Notes under the pieces: generated by a model
Databases searched by the model: none
What the model saw: only the letters and a program-made list of their open reading frames with translations
What the model was told of the DNA's origin: nothing
Assembly: GCA_905178155.1 (NCBI GenBank)
Contig: CAJINV010000005.1
Location: 1,731,772 to 1,795,771, forward strand
Origin: Amoebophrya sp. A120
Taxonomy: Eukaryota > Protista > Dinoflagellata
Direction: 5' to 3'
DNA: 64,000 nt
Program-made: the position numbers and the translations under genes
In this document: positions 36,801-49,635 of the stretch, one piece after another
How positions within the stretch are numbered: position 1 is the stretch's first letter
How the letters are laid out: each line of letters opens with the position of its first letter

Positions 36801-37754
36801 GCGAGCCTCATGTTATACATCATTATTTCGGTTTACTTCCCTTCAGTAAAAGTGGTAATATGACCCCTACATTGCAAGTTTTCTCTGTTATGCAGAGAAA
36901 GTTGCTGACCAAGTAGTCACGATATCAAATGTGCAAGCTGTATACTTGCTGTCCCTGTCGCGCACGAGGGCGTTTCCGTACAGTGTGAGAAACAGCTCCG
37001 CCCGGTCGCGGGGCGTCAGCTCCGTATTGGAAAGGATTTGCAGAAAGAGTAAGTGCCGTGCCGTCACCTCCACCTGGTTGTCGTGCAGAAAAAACCGCAA
37101 TTTTTTGTCTTTCACGCCTAGCCTGTGCCACTTCGCCACCGTTTTCATCACGAACCGCAGGTCCGCGCCCCCGGAAATCAACACGTTGTAATACTCCGAC
37201 TCCTATGCCTTGCAGACGTTAAAATGACGGTCGTTGTCGTACTGGCCGTAGCATATTAGCATGATTGAGATTGCATCAACTTGTACATGCATATACTACA
37301 AATGAATCTCGAGGATGACGCCGCGTGGGTCATGCTGACGCGAAAGGTTGTATAATGCAGTTACTCCTAGTGTGAGTGTGACACTTTGACTTTTGAGGAC
37401 ATCAAGGCATAACTCCGCCCCGAATTTGTCTTCCGCATCAGCCTCGTCGCTTGTGCCCATCAGCATCTCCTCCAGTGTCTTTTCCTTCTTTTTCTTGCCA
37501 CTACTCGGCTTAGAAGAAGAGGACGACGCAGCGGCAGAGTCTCCTGTCAACCTCGTCTTCCCACCACAGGAACTGTGGTCCTCGTCTGCGCTTGTTTTCG
37601 GTCGGGGCACGGCTTCGGGGAAGTCGCCGACTAGGTCCGCCGCAGGGCTGAGGCCCCAGAAATGGATGAAACCAATGCCATCCACGCCGTCGGAGGCGTA
37701 GTCCTGGGGCTTCTCGAAGTTTTTGCTCACGGCAATTTGATAGCCGGACGCCAT
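33805..37754 (-). CDS. DNAAF3: Dynein axonemal assembly factor 3 (PF22) homologue, multi-exon
   Basis: GIGFIHFWGLSPAADL; NVLISGGADLRFVMKT; EVTARHLLFLQI..ELFLTLYGNALVR; YRDFCHTGVAFE..PNRSLAS; VRG-FWAD-IINSPY motifs. Confidence 0.92.
34022..34141. mobile_element. Introner, singleton TIR type, 120 bp
   Basis: tatccaggaaaaaa..cccat / atggg..tttttctggata; flanks TCAGC/TCAAC. Confidence 0.85.
35177..35323. mobile_element. Introner alpha
   Basis: tatccagtgcaaa / tttgcagaggata; TSD GGGTG. Confidence 0.85.
35370..35549. mobile_element. Introner alpha, degenerate
   Basis: cat..caaaagta / tacttttgcgatgcata; flanks TCAGC/TCGGC. Confidence 0.75.
35862..36000. mobile_element. Introner alpha
   Basis: TSD AGTGG; frame restored (VHWYH-YRDF). 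Confidence 0.92.
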
Positions 37755-37919
37755 TTTGTTTCAAGCGTTCGCGTTGTTATTTCTTTATTGGTTCGACAAG
37801 GTGGAACAAGAACAAGGCATGGTACGGAATAGGTGCAGTTCCATCGTGTTTCATGTTTTTGCTTTAAAAGGAATTGAAAAAGTAACAACAGAAGATCTTA
37901 AAGGCAACTCATTTAGAGT

Positions 37920-40900
37920 AACGCACTCCATAAAATGGTAGACATTTGACACACATAAAGAGGAGGCTGTTGGTCTCCGGTCCTCGGTCCTCAGTCCGTC
38001 GCGAGGTAATATATGAGGAGATAAGAAGGGAGAAGCGCCAGGCACATAAGAAGGAGGCTGTTGGTCTCCGGTCCTCGGTCCTCACTCCATCGCGAGGGAG
38101 TAGATGAGGAGAGAAGAAGGGAGAGGCACCAGACACATAAGAAGGAGGCTGCTGGTCTCCGGTCCTCGGTCCTCACTCCATTACGAGGTAGGACGTGAGG
38201 AGATAAGAAGGTAGAAACACCAGACACATAAGAAGGAGTCAGGCAGACAGCCCCGGGCGGTTTCTGTTTCTAGTTATTTCCTAAAAGTTGGCTAATTGGG
38301 GAGCTCGATGGGTGTCTTGTTGGCAGCCGGGGGGCCGCGTTTGGCCGCCCCCGGGGCAATGGCGTGGCGCCGGTTTTTGTGTGTGTTTTGTGGGTACCGG
38401 GAACGCCCCGGACGGTGTGGCGCGTCGACAATCGGAGGCCCGCCGCATCCTCTCTGTGGATCCTCACCGGCCCCGAGGTGCAGGCTTCGCATTTGGGGCC
38501 GTTGCCGTTTTGTCATTCCCCTCGGGAGGGCGCCAGGGTTCCCGGATTTCGGTCTGTGTGTGGTGCCCTCTGCCGCGCGGGGCCCGCGCCCTGACTCCGG
38601 GGTCGGGGCGACAGGGGATCGCGCCATTGGTCTGTGTTCTCCATCTTTTCCCGGGGCGGCCGTCCGGTATTCTCCCCCGGGAAGAATCGGCGGGGCCTCG
38701 GGAAAAAGGCCCGCTTTTGCTTGCTAAAACACCTCCCGGAAAATTCTAATTTGAAATTCTAAAACGCCGCTAATCTGTTTCGGGCCCAATTCTGGACCCG
38801 AAAAATGCCCTGGCTAATTGTTACCTAATTTGTTGCTAATTGATTGCTAATTGGCTGGCTAATTTGCATCGGGTGGGAATTTCGTGTGTGATTTCGCCTA
38901 TACCTCGGGCATAGGCAAAATCGCACTTGTTTTTTGCGTTGTTCTGCAAATTAGACAGGGCCTGGGGCCTTGGGGTTCTGCAAATTAGACGCAAGTTAGC
39001 CCACCAATTAGAACAGGGGGGCAAAGAAATTAGATTGCAAATTAGCAGGGTTTTTTTTGGGGGTCCGCCGGGTCCCGGAGGGCGTTCCGGGAGTTGTTTT
39101 AGCCACCAATTGTCCAGCTTTTCTGCCTTTGCCGATTCGCAAATTAGCCGGCTTCGTTGTCTCCTGCTTCGGGTTTCTGTTCTGTGTCCTCCTCGCCCGG
39201 GTTCGGCGCAGGCGATGTCCTCCCCATTCCGTTTTTTTGAGTGCTTGGGGGTGGCCAGGTTAGTTGGGCGATGATGCTCGAGGTTGGGGCTCATGTTTTT
39301 GTGGTGCCGATCCCATGTCCCGGTCGTCGGGACAGCGTGCGCCAATTTCGCCTCTTGGGCGCAGGCAGACCCACGTCCGGAAGGTGTCCTTGGTTGTGTT
39401 TCTTTTGCCGGGCGCGTGTATTGCCATCAACATGCTTCGCCCATCGCTCGGACTTTGGGCGCCTGTCGTTTCAGGTGGGCTCGCCGAGGATCGACCCTTC
39501 GCGTTTTTTAGTACTCAAATTAGCCAAGAACCAGAATCCAATTAGAAGAAAAGGGCGCCCGGGCCTGTCTGCCTGAAAGGAGGCTGCTGGTCCCCGGTCC
39601 TCGGTCCTCAGTTCCTCGCGAGGTAATACGTGCCGAGACAAGGAGGCAGAAGCACCAGACACATGCGCAGGAGGATGCTGCCCTTCGGTCCTCGGGCCTC
39701 GGTTCATCTCGAGGCTAGCAATATAGGGCGGGGCAAGATAGAAGGTAGAGGCACCAGGCACATACCACCTTGCTGGGCGTTTCGCAGTGCGGGGGGAAAT
39801 ATGAGGGCAGGCATTTGCTTGTCGTTTCGCGGAAGATGATGCTCGTTGCTCTCGAGCATGCGCATCATCTCCCGCAGGCCGCAGGCAGATATCTACAGCT
39901 GCCGGATCTTACATGGTTCCGTGAAGCCGAAGCAGGCGGCGGAATGGGAATCTTCCGGCTCACCGGAAGAGCCTTCCGGTTCCGATTCCGGTTTTGCCGT
40001 CCGAAGTGCTTCTCTTTCATCTTCTAAAGCCGCGAAGCTGCGACTTTGTGTGTGATTTCGCCTACCCGGCAGCTTTAGCGGATTTTTAGAAGCCTCGAAG
40101 CTGCCGCGTGGGCGAAAGAATTAGAAGAATTGCAGAGGCGGAATTAGAAAGCAGAACTAAAGGCATTGCTAAAGGATTTCTTAGAGGCCTTCTCAGAGGC
40201 CATAGCAGAAATGGACCACCAGGAGGCAGCTACTTGTAGCGCAGCACTGCGCAGCCGCCCTCGGGTTGTTGAAGCGACCACCTCAGCACCGCCCGCATTT
40301 GCAAAAGCTGAGGCGGCCACTTCGACCATTGGGGCGGCACGTGCTCCGCTGCATGTTCTCCGCTGCGCGCGGGCACCAGCGCGCGCCGCGAGCTTTTTTT
40401 CAGTTTGCGGGCGCGCGTCGCGCGCTTGAAGCGCTTTCTTTTGTTGCATCCGTATGCCAATCCACGCGCGCGCCGCGCGCGCCCAAGCAATATCTGTCGT
40501 TCTGCTTCATTCTGTTCCAGCTACACCGCAGAAACCGCGCAGAGACCCAGCTGAGAAAACGCAGCAAGCAAAGCAAATTTTTTCTCGCCGGGGCGGGGAA
40601 GTTGTGGCCTGAGATTTTTGAAGCCCGAAAAGGAAACACTGGTCGGGCCCGGATGGGCCCGGCCATCTGTGGATACCTACGGCCCGCCAGACGACCGACC
40701 GCGCCTACGTATCGAGAAGGAGGCCAATTAATCGCGCGGCCTCTAAAACAAAAAAATAAAAATGAAAACAAAGTAGGGCACAAAAGTAGGCCAAAAAAGT
40801 AGGGCGAAAAAGTAAGACAAAAAACAACAGCAAAAAATAAGAACAAAAAATGAGAACAAAAAGTAAGACACAAACGCAAGCCCAAAACGCAAGAGCGTGA

Positions 40901-43370
40901 AAGCGCCCCCGAATTAGAGCGCGGCAAAGGTCTCGCACACAAGGGCGACGCCCCGACGGCTTTCGCCCAATTCCGGAAATGCCATGGGTGGGCGGCCGCA
41001 ACACAACAGAGGACAGCGAAGAGGAAAAGGGGGCGCAGCCAGAAGCGAAAGCCTGCGCCGGAAATGGCCAAGGCCGACCGTAAATTTTTTAGGCTTTGAG
41101 TGGGGCCGTCTCCGCAAGGCGCGGCCCAGCAAAAAAAACAAAGCACATGGGCCGGCGCGATTCTGATTAGTGCGATCAGCTTCATGCCCGTAATGGATCA
41201 AGATGGTCCCGCCACTTTGAAATGGGCCACCCAAGTCCCGACCCGCGTGCCCTTCCTGATCTTTCAAACCAGGTCGCGGCCGACAAGCAACTGAAAGGCG
41301 AGCCGCGGAAAAAAAAAACGAAGGCCGCGCGGGTCGTTTTCATTTGATTGGGGCGGATACCTGCTGGGCGGTGCAGAAATGTATGCTGAAGGCTGACAAA
41401 CCGGCTGGATTTTGTTCATTTCGCCCGTAACTAATCGGACAGCCCGAAGCCAACCGGTCGGGGGTGGAAGCCGAAGGGGCCGGCGCAGATACTGCCTCGG
41501 ACCCTTCTCCCAGCGACAACGACGGACAGCAGCCCCCGGAGCCCCGGCCCGTCGCCTCGAAGTTTCGGCGATGACGAAGGCGGCGCAGGCGGCTAGTGAT
41601 TTCGGTGGGCGGCCACCAATCTGCCAGGTGGCGCGTTTCGTGTTGAAATGCAGGGGGGCGCAAAGAACAACAGCGCGCGCGCGTGGTTCACAGCCTGGCA
41701 GATCGCAAGCGAGGCCGGGCGCGCGCTGTGCATCGCTATCTTTGTTCCCGCGTAGTGCACCGCTTCGCCTTCAGAGCCAGGCGAAGGAATCAACGAAAGC
41801 CGTAAGACCCTGGCGCCGTATGTGGGCGCGCGCGGGCTCACGTCCGTCGTGTCGCTCGGTTGCCGGTTGTGTGATCAAAAGCAACGGGGGCCGGGGCGCC
41901 GTGGCGCTTCAGTTCGCCGCCTGTTCATTTAGTATGTACGGGCGCGCCCGCCAGGGAGGCGAGGAAAAATGGCGGCGCTCGGTCGCCTCCTGTTGCGCCC
42001 GGGCTCCCTCCGCGACGTCATTCATTTTCATGTGCGTCACGGCCGCGGCCGCTGGAACAAACAAAGTCCGGGGGCGGGGCCTGTGCGGGGGGAGCGGCGG
42101 CCGGCCCGATTGCTTTCGTTCGGCCTCCCTGCTGCCTAGCGCGACACGTATTGTTTGCGCCAACTCAGATATTACCAACCTCGGGAGGAACGGAGGGCCG
42201 AGGACCAGAGACCCACACGCCCCCGCCGATGTCCGTAGGCCTTCGACCTGTTTCTGTATGTAAGTGGTGCGCCGCCCCATGAGGGACGGAGGACCGAGAG
42301 CCGGAGACGAACAGGCTCCGTCGTAAATGCCTGGCCTTTGTACCATGCTAGCAATCACGCTCGCCGGGTCTGATCGCTCTACAGACTCACTCAGGGCCGA
42401 GGACCGGAAAGCAGCAGGCCCCTGCGTGGGGGCTTTCTGCCTTCTTATCTGTCTCGCCAGGCGCCGCCCCGCGATGAACTGCAGACCGAGTGCCGGAGAC
42501 CAACAGCCCGCGCGCATTTGTGTGAGCTTTCTGCCCTCTTTCTTATCTCGCCAGCTGCTGCCCCGCGATGGACTGAGGGGGGGCCGTGGACCAATTGGCC
42601 CCCTTTTTTTTGTGTGGGGGCTTTCTACCTTCTTTCCCCGTCGGATCTTGCCCGGTGATGGACCGAGGGCCGGAGACCAACAAACTCCCTTTGATGTGTG
42701 TCGGCCTTCTACCTTCTTGCCTCGCCATCTATTGCCTTGCGATGGACTGGGGACCGAGGACCGGAGACCAGCCGGCCCCCTGTGATGTGTGTGGGTTTTC
42801 TGCCTTCTTATCTCGCCAACTACTACCCTGCGAAGGACTGAGGACCGAGGACCGGAGACCAACGAACTCCCTCTGATGTGTGTGGGCTTTCTCCCTTCTT
42901 CTCTCGTCGTCTTTCTATTGCCTTGGGATGGACTGAGGCCCGAGGACCGGAGACCAACAAGCCCCATCCTATGTGTGAGCTTTCTCCCTTCTTCTCTCGC
43001 TGTCTTCTATTACATCGGGATGGACTGAGGACCGAGGACCGGAGACCAACAAACCCCCTTTCTTGATGTGTGTGCGCTTTCTTCTTTCTTCTCTCGTTGT
43101 CTTCTATTACCTTGGGAGGGACTGATGACCGAGGACCGGAGACCAACAAACCCCCGCTGATGTGTGTGAGCTTTCCCCCTTCTTCTGTTGCCTTGGGATG
43201 GACTGAGGACCGAGGACCGGAGACCAACAAACCCCCCTTGATCGATGTGTGTGGGCTTTCTCCCTTCTTCTCTCGTTGTCTTCTATTGCCTTGGGATGGA
43301 CTGAGGACGGAGGACCGGAGACCAACAGACCCCCTCTGATGTGTGTGAGGTGTCTCCTTTTGTGGAAGTT
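37920..43370. mobile_element. 5.45-kb foldback-type element whose inverted arms are arrays of a roughly 91-93 bp unit
   Basis: Left arm units ggtctccggtcctcggtcctca at 37972, 38063, 38154 (resuming 39577-39762); right arm has about 12 reverse-complement units at 42180-43345; outer ends also complementary; candidate TSD GAGT. Confidence 0.85.
38239..39576. mobile_element. 1338-bp nested TIR element
   Basis: TIR tcaggcagacag(c/g)cccgggcg (20/21); 6-bp TSD AAGGAG at 38233-38238 and 39577-39582; splits one host repeat unit. Confidence 0.92.
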
Positions 43371-44146
43371 GAGTAGTTGAGTGGTGTCTGTTGTTGCTGC
43401 AGTTCTTGCTCAAGTAGAGAAAAAACACAAATCACGATGGTGCTGCACCTATTCCGTACCATGCCAACAACAAGAACTCGGGTGCGGCCTAAAAATAAAT
43501 GCGCTTTTGCTCTGGTGCCAGTGTTCCTGGTTCTGTATTTTCATTTTCATCTCCAGCACGGAGTGGTGGTCGTGCGCCTGCGCCTCGAAAAACTCCACTC
43601 CCATGAACTTGAATAAACGGCCTCCAATTTTTATGTTCATCTGCAGCTCTGCTCTAACAAGTGCGTCGAGCAGAGGACGTTCTTGAAGCTATTTTTCATC
43701 ACTACAACGCCTCTCTAGTACCGCATAGGAGGTTTGATGCGCCGCCAACGCTCATCTCCACTCAGAAATCGCAGATAAACTGCTCGAAGACACGACAACT
43801 AGGAAGTTACAGTGGTCAGCACCACTTCCTCCATCATGTTTCAGTTTCTGTTGCTTGTTCTTTTGCCTCATTGCAAAAATATGAAAAGGAAATTTCGGTC
43901 CCGCCCCTGCCTGCCGTGGGATAGGTGCAGCTACCCTACAGCTACACCGAAACGCTTGTTAAAAGTGTTGTAATAAGGAGATCTACCAAACCTGCACGAG
44001 ATTCTTTTATTTCTTGTGCAGAACATCCTCTAGTAAGTTGTGGGCACTACATCACATTTTTTCACTATAACACTGTAGCAGTTTCGGTCACACAGCTCTA
44101 CTACAGTCTTCATCATTCATATTCCTCATGCTGGGCTGTGGCTGAA

Positions 44147-46786
44147 TCACAATTTATTGATTCCGAGCTGTAATCTCGGCACCAGGAGAAACAGGATCAA
44201 AAAAGCGCAGCAAATGCGCGCTAACGAATAGACGCAGAGCAGGAAAGAGAAGCTCCGCTCTTGGAATGTTTTTATTTCAAAGAAGTCGAGCAAATAGAAG
44301 TCTACGTTCCTTGCGACAAAGAGCGCCACAGCGCCGGATCCCTGCAACACCGCAAACTTTGTGGCGACGAAAGCGTCAGTAGAGGAAGGAGATGATTCTT
44401 TTGATTTTGGTTTATTTGCTGCACTGTTTTCTTTCGCCACTGCCACCGCGTGCTGCATGAGGAGGTTGCACAGCATGAAACTGCAGCACCGTGCGCATTC
44501 GGAAAAGAGTTTCTCAAAAACAGAGAAATACACGTGTACGTGCGTGTAGAAAAACCAGGGAAGTGTGGAAATGAGCAACCAAAGCAGCAGCGCGGTCCGG
44601 CATTGCTGCGGCAGACGATATGACGGTGTCCTCGGCTTCGTCAAGGGTTTTGAATTATGTTTATCGTCATGCAGTTCCAGTTGTGTCCCTCGATGCTGGT
44701 GTTCCTCGACGTCGTCCTGTCTTCTCAAAACCAGTGTCCGAAAGACCCAGAGCCCGACGATCCACCCAACCGTCCCCAGGTTTCCGCAGATCGACTGCCC
44801 CCCGGGCGTCATATCCAGGACGTGCTTTCGAAAAAGAAAAAAATCCGCGTCCGGACAGACGAGAACTAGACTGGTGATCGCCCCGGCAAGAAGGGGGTTG
44901 TTGTTCAGGCTCTTCTTCTTGGCCGTCGAATTTTCTATAGACGATGACCCAGAAGATCCTGGCCGCAGGCTTCTATAACAATTTTTGTCTGGTTCTACTA
45001 CTACTTCTTCTTCTTCTTCTTCTTCTTTTTCCCCTGCGTCGCCAAGTGGCGCCACCACGACAGCTTCAGCATTTGCTTTGTTTGTGCGTGCGGGTTTCAA
45101 CATCGTGTTTTCGTTTTCATAATCCGTCGCAGCGACCACAGCACTGGCAGGACTTCTGAGAATGCCGGCAAGGGCAGTATTTTCTGGCTCTATTATTTTA
45201 TCACCTTCGTCGCAGATTTTATTCACATTTTCCTTTCTGGTTGTTTGTTCAAGATGCACATCAACTTCGTCTTGCTCTTCATCCTGCACGACCAGAAGCT
45301 CCTGCTCCCAGGGACGTCCGACAAACACCGCGAGACTTACCGCCAAGGCGAGCCAGCAGGTGCCCAGAATGGAGTAGACGGCTTGGTACTTGGTTCTACT
45401 GTCGGTGGGGTCGTGAGTAGGCTGCATTGAAAGAGTGGTGCCTTCTGAAGGTCCTGCTATTGAACCTTCCTCGGTGATTGTGGTACCAGTACCACTAGTA
45501 GCTGCACTACTACTTCCTCCATCGTGCGGGTTTTGGTTGTAAAGTCGTACCATCAGGTCCAAACCGCTCCAAAACACATCTCCATTCGCAACTGCCGTCG
45601 CGAGCAGCGCCCCAAGCACCCGGCCCCATTCGCAGAACAACGAGTATTCGCTGTTCTTCCGCTTAGCGGTCAGTCGGCAACATTGCCCGTCGATGAGGCC
45701 GTCGAGGCAGGTGAACGGGATCGACGACACCGCGACACAGACGAAGAACCAGTTCGTGTGGGCCGTAAACTCAAATAAACTGAGCAAAATCCAGCCGAGC
45801 CCAATCACAGAAGTGAGAAAAAACACACTGTACCCGTAGCGGGTCAGGTAGCAGCGAGCATAAAATTGATTCTTCGCTTTGTAATCTTGATCTTCAGGAG
45901 CGGGTGGTAGCTTCAGATGGCCTGGCGTTCTTCTAGATAAAGACGACACAGTCATGTGCTTTTTGTCAGGTCTGAAGATCCCGAGCCCGCGCTCTGCCAG
46001 CAAGCAGAAGAAGGGTCGCAGCAGCCACACCGCCGAACCAATGCCGGGAAGCACCGAGTTGAGCCGGCTGAGGTCTGCGTACGCGTTGCTGGTCCCATCA
46101 CTAGCCGCGTTCTTGACTGCATTCTCGGACGACTCGTCGCTGCCTCGAACTGTCCCGTGTAAAAACGTCCCGACCGCCACAACTACTACGGATTTGTCAT
46201 GCAAATCAATATCACCATGCTCAGATGAATGTGTGTCATGTGCAGCCGAATGAGCAGTGTTTTCAATCATTCACCATCGTCCTAAAATTTCGAAATTGCT
46301 CAACATGCTCCAAGTGCACATCATTTTACCCATGGTAATAATTAGGGGGCAAGGCTATCATTTTATGATGCGGCCACACTAGCTTAAAACTACCCCGGAG
46401 ATGGCCACTTCTACACTACGTACTATTCACGCTTGTTATGCGTGGTTTTTAGCACCAAAACTTCTGGATTTGTCTAGGAGACCAGATTATGGGGTGGGGC
46501 AATCGCAATCGCATTTTTTACTCGCGATAATACCAACAGAATGAACGACAGGAGCATCGGTTCCGGTTGTACTCCAGTCTGTCACCTGCGAGCGCAAGTA
46601 GAGTAGCCCGGTCCGCTGCAAGCCCTGTGCGAAGTAGATGCTAAAAAAGTAAACCCCGTCCACGTCGCCCAGCGCAGGGTAGGGGAAGAAGGGAAAAGTA
46701 GTTGCGCAGCTGTTCTTGGTTGGAGTGGCTGCACTGGTTGGAGCGGTGCCACTTCTGGTATAACTGCTGCCACTGCTGCTGGGCAT
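44147..46786 (-). CDS. BT1-family folate/biopterin-like MFS transporter
   Basis: Upstream exon 46586-46786 with IYFAQG; main ORF with many TM segments, WLLRPFF, TCLDGLIDG and PDADFFLFRKHVL motifs; intron acceptor not resolved. Confidence 0.7.
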
Positions 46787-49635
46787 AATGAAGGCGAGTT
46801 CGGATTCGATTCTATATTTGTGCCCGACCAGTTCGCATGATCACTGCTTCGCGATGCAAGAGATCTTCTGCTTCGAAGTAGTTCCCCGGAACTGATCCTG
46901 GACGGGTCCTCTGAGTCGGCGTCGGGCGAATGCGGACCTCCGAGTCAACTACACGAACGTTATGTTTTTCTGATCCATTGGACCGAGAAAGGACTCGCAA
47001 CTACAGGACGGTGAAAACAAGATACTAGAGTGCCTGTTGTGTTCTTTGTGTCTCACTCAATACGCAGCTGCGCGTCAAGAAACCTACTACTTCTCGATCA
47101 TACTACATGGCAACCAGGACAGGCAACCTGCTCTCGCTGGAGACTCACACAACAAGTCAGAATCTCACTGAAGATGTAGATGTCATACTCAATCCGTTGA
47201 GAGACCTTTCTCGAGAAGCTATTTTTACGTGGAGGTGGACACAATAGACACTCCGCTATTTTTCGGGGCGAGAAACGATACTCCAGTAGCGAGTGCAAGC
47301 CGCAGCACCGAGGTAATTTCATACTTCGGCTCGTAGCAGAAGTAGACTTTTTTCTTCCGATATCCTTGTTTCCAAAAAGATGTACAGGCTCGTTGTTATT
47401 CTTGGATTCAATTTCATCATTTCTTTTCATCTTCATCACTTCGACGCTCTTTATTTTCATAGTTTTGTACAGTGTCATTGAAGATTTATTTCAACGTCGT
47501 CAGTTGTCAGTCTCTATATGTACAAGGCGTTCTTTGGAATGAACTTCTTTTAATTTTAGTACAGCGACCCGGCCGCCGCAGTCCCTACCGTCATCGCAAC
47601 ATCTTCTTCTCCTTTGTATACACATTATGATGCGCGATGAGGATGAGCACGACCCCTGTATTAAGCAATTGAAAAATTGACATTTTGCTAGCAAGAAGTT
47701 TTACGAATAAATATTTTGATTTTTTATCGGACTTGGCCCTGGCCCTCCACCACGGCGCAGAAGCCAGCTTTCGTGATTATATGGTACATTTCCAAACGGT
47801 AGCTCTCAGATTCTCGGCGGCGATTTATTCGTAGGGTACTTATACTCGACGTCCTGTTGGAAAGTAGGTATCTACAGAAGGCAAGTTTTAATTTTGGTTG
47901 ATGTCATGCTCATCAACATTATGTGCCACATCGCGTAAAAGATACAGTCAGAGAAAAGCGATTGTAGGAAGTAGTTCTTGGGAAAACCAAACTAGAGCGA
48001 AAAAAGCGACAGCATTTGTAGTACCCGGCGGTCTCACCGGTTCTCTTCTTTCGACGTTCTTTTGTTCTCATTGCTGTTCTTCTCTCTTGCTTTCTTCGAA
48101 ATAGGCAGTTTTCGAAAATGAAAATTTCGTCCTAGAAAAAGCACACGAGGAGGAGCACCCCGGGCACTTATATATCCTAGTCTTCATCGTCTATCGTCTT
48201 TAGATTTTCGTCAAATGTTTGTCAACCACAGGAGCACAGAAATGATTATATTTAATTTTTTTTGAAACTACACGTGCAATTTATACAAGGTAAAAGATCT
48301 ACTCAGTGCCTTACTTAGTGACCGTAGTGGAGCACGAATGCTAAAGCTGTTCCTGTTTGTTACATCATGCGCGATCATTTTGGTTTGCAAAGTAAAAGGT
48401 CAAGAAGATTGTGCGCCTCCAGCTGTAGGCAGTAATTCATTTTTCTTTATTATCGTCGAATACAAAATTTCAAAAGCTTGGAAAAATGCGGAAGACGTTC
48501 TCCTCTGTGTCCTGCTACGCTTTCGTAATCCTGCTGAGCAGAGCAGGTTCTCCTTTAGTTGCGTTTAGGACCAGCAGCAAAGCAACGCCAACGTCTCGAG
48601 CCATTCTTGTGAGAATTCAAAAATTTGTGAAAGTGCGAAGATTACATTACGTTGTCCGTGCGGTGGACACCATAAATACATCATAACGCAGCTATATGAA
48701 CGTGCTCTGCAGCACGATCAAGAATGGGGGTTCTTGGTTAGCCTTAGCGACACACAAAGCAAGCTCTTTCGGATGCAAACATTCATGAACCACACTGCGG
48801 GAGCGGGCTCTGCTTCCGTTTCTACAAATTTACGAAAATAGTTTCTGTTAATCTTGATCTGAGGGTAAATTTTTCAGTATGTTTTTTCAGGATACTTGGT
48901 ACAAGTAGTTCGGAGGAGGTGCGTCATAATTTACGTTCGTCAACTCGAAATCGAATACAAAAGGAAAGATCTCAGGCATAAGTGTTTAAAATAATCTCGT
49001 GGTTCGTACAAGGAAAAGCTGTTCTGATGCCATCAGATATGGCGTTGATAAAGCGAGAAATGGCACTGCTATTCATCTGTAGAAATCAGTGAAACAAACT
49101 CAGACTGTAATATTTTGAAGATAAAGATAAAGTTAAAGTTGTCAACAGAAAAAGATAATAAATTGAAATTAGAAGTGGATAGGTCGTAATTTAATTATTA
49201 TAAGTTTGTAGACCAAGATATGAAATCCGTTAGGATCATAAGGCAAAACACTCCACCGACCTAAATCGAGTGCTCATTCATGCAAATCACGATGTAAATT
49301 CTGGAATCACGATGAAGATCAAGACGTACGAATTTGAATCACGATGGTAGTCAAAAATTTGTGATGATCGAGACCACAAAATCTCGATCTGATATAGAGC
49401 CTGTTTTAGACCGTGAGACATGAAAACTTGTGTGTGTTTGTGAACCCCTAAATTTTCCCTACAGGCTTTGACGCTAGTACAAATTGACTATTGATTGCGA
49501 CTAAGAAACCTCGAATCTCACCTAGATTCTACTTGACATCCAAGATGGCCAGTGTTCACACCGCCCGCGTTTCTTCGTCGTTGATTGTAGTAACCGCCTA
49601 GGTTCTAACAAAGTTCAAATTGTAAAAGTTAGTTG

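Noticed and set aside
37750-37765. gccattttgtttcaag resembles the 3' end of the dinoflagellate spliced leader (GCCATTTTGGCTCAAG)
   Set aside because: It is antisense to DNAAF3 and overlaps the reverse complement of its ATG; most likely coincidence.
37946-43345. Regular repeats with variable spacing that look like a CRISPR array
   Set aside because: The spacers are diverged copies of each other, the arrays are inverted arms of one element, there are no cas genes and the context is eukaryotic.
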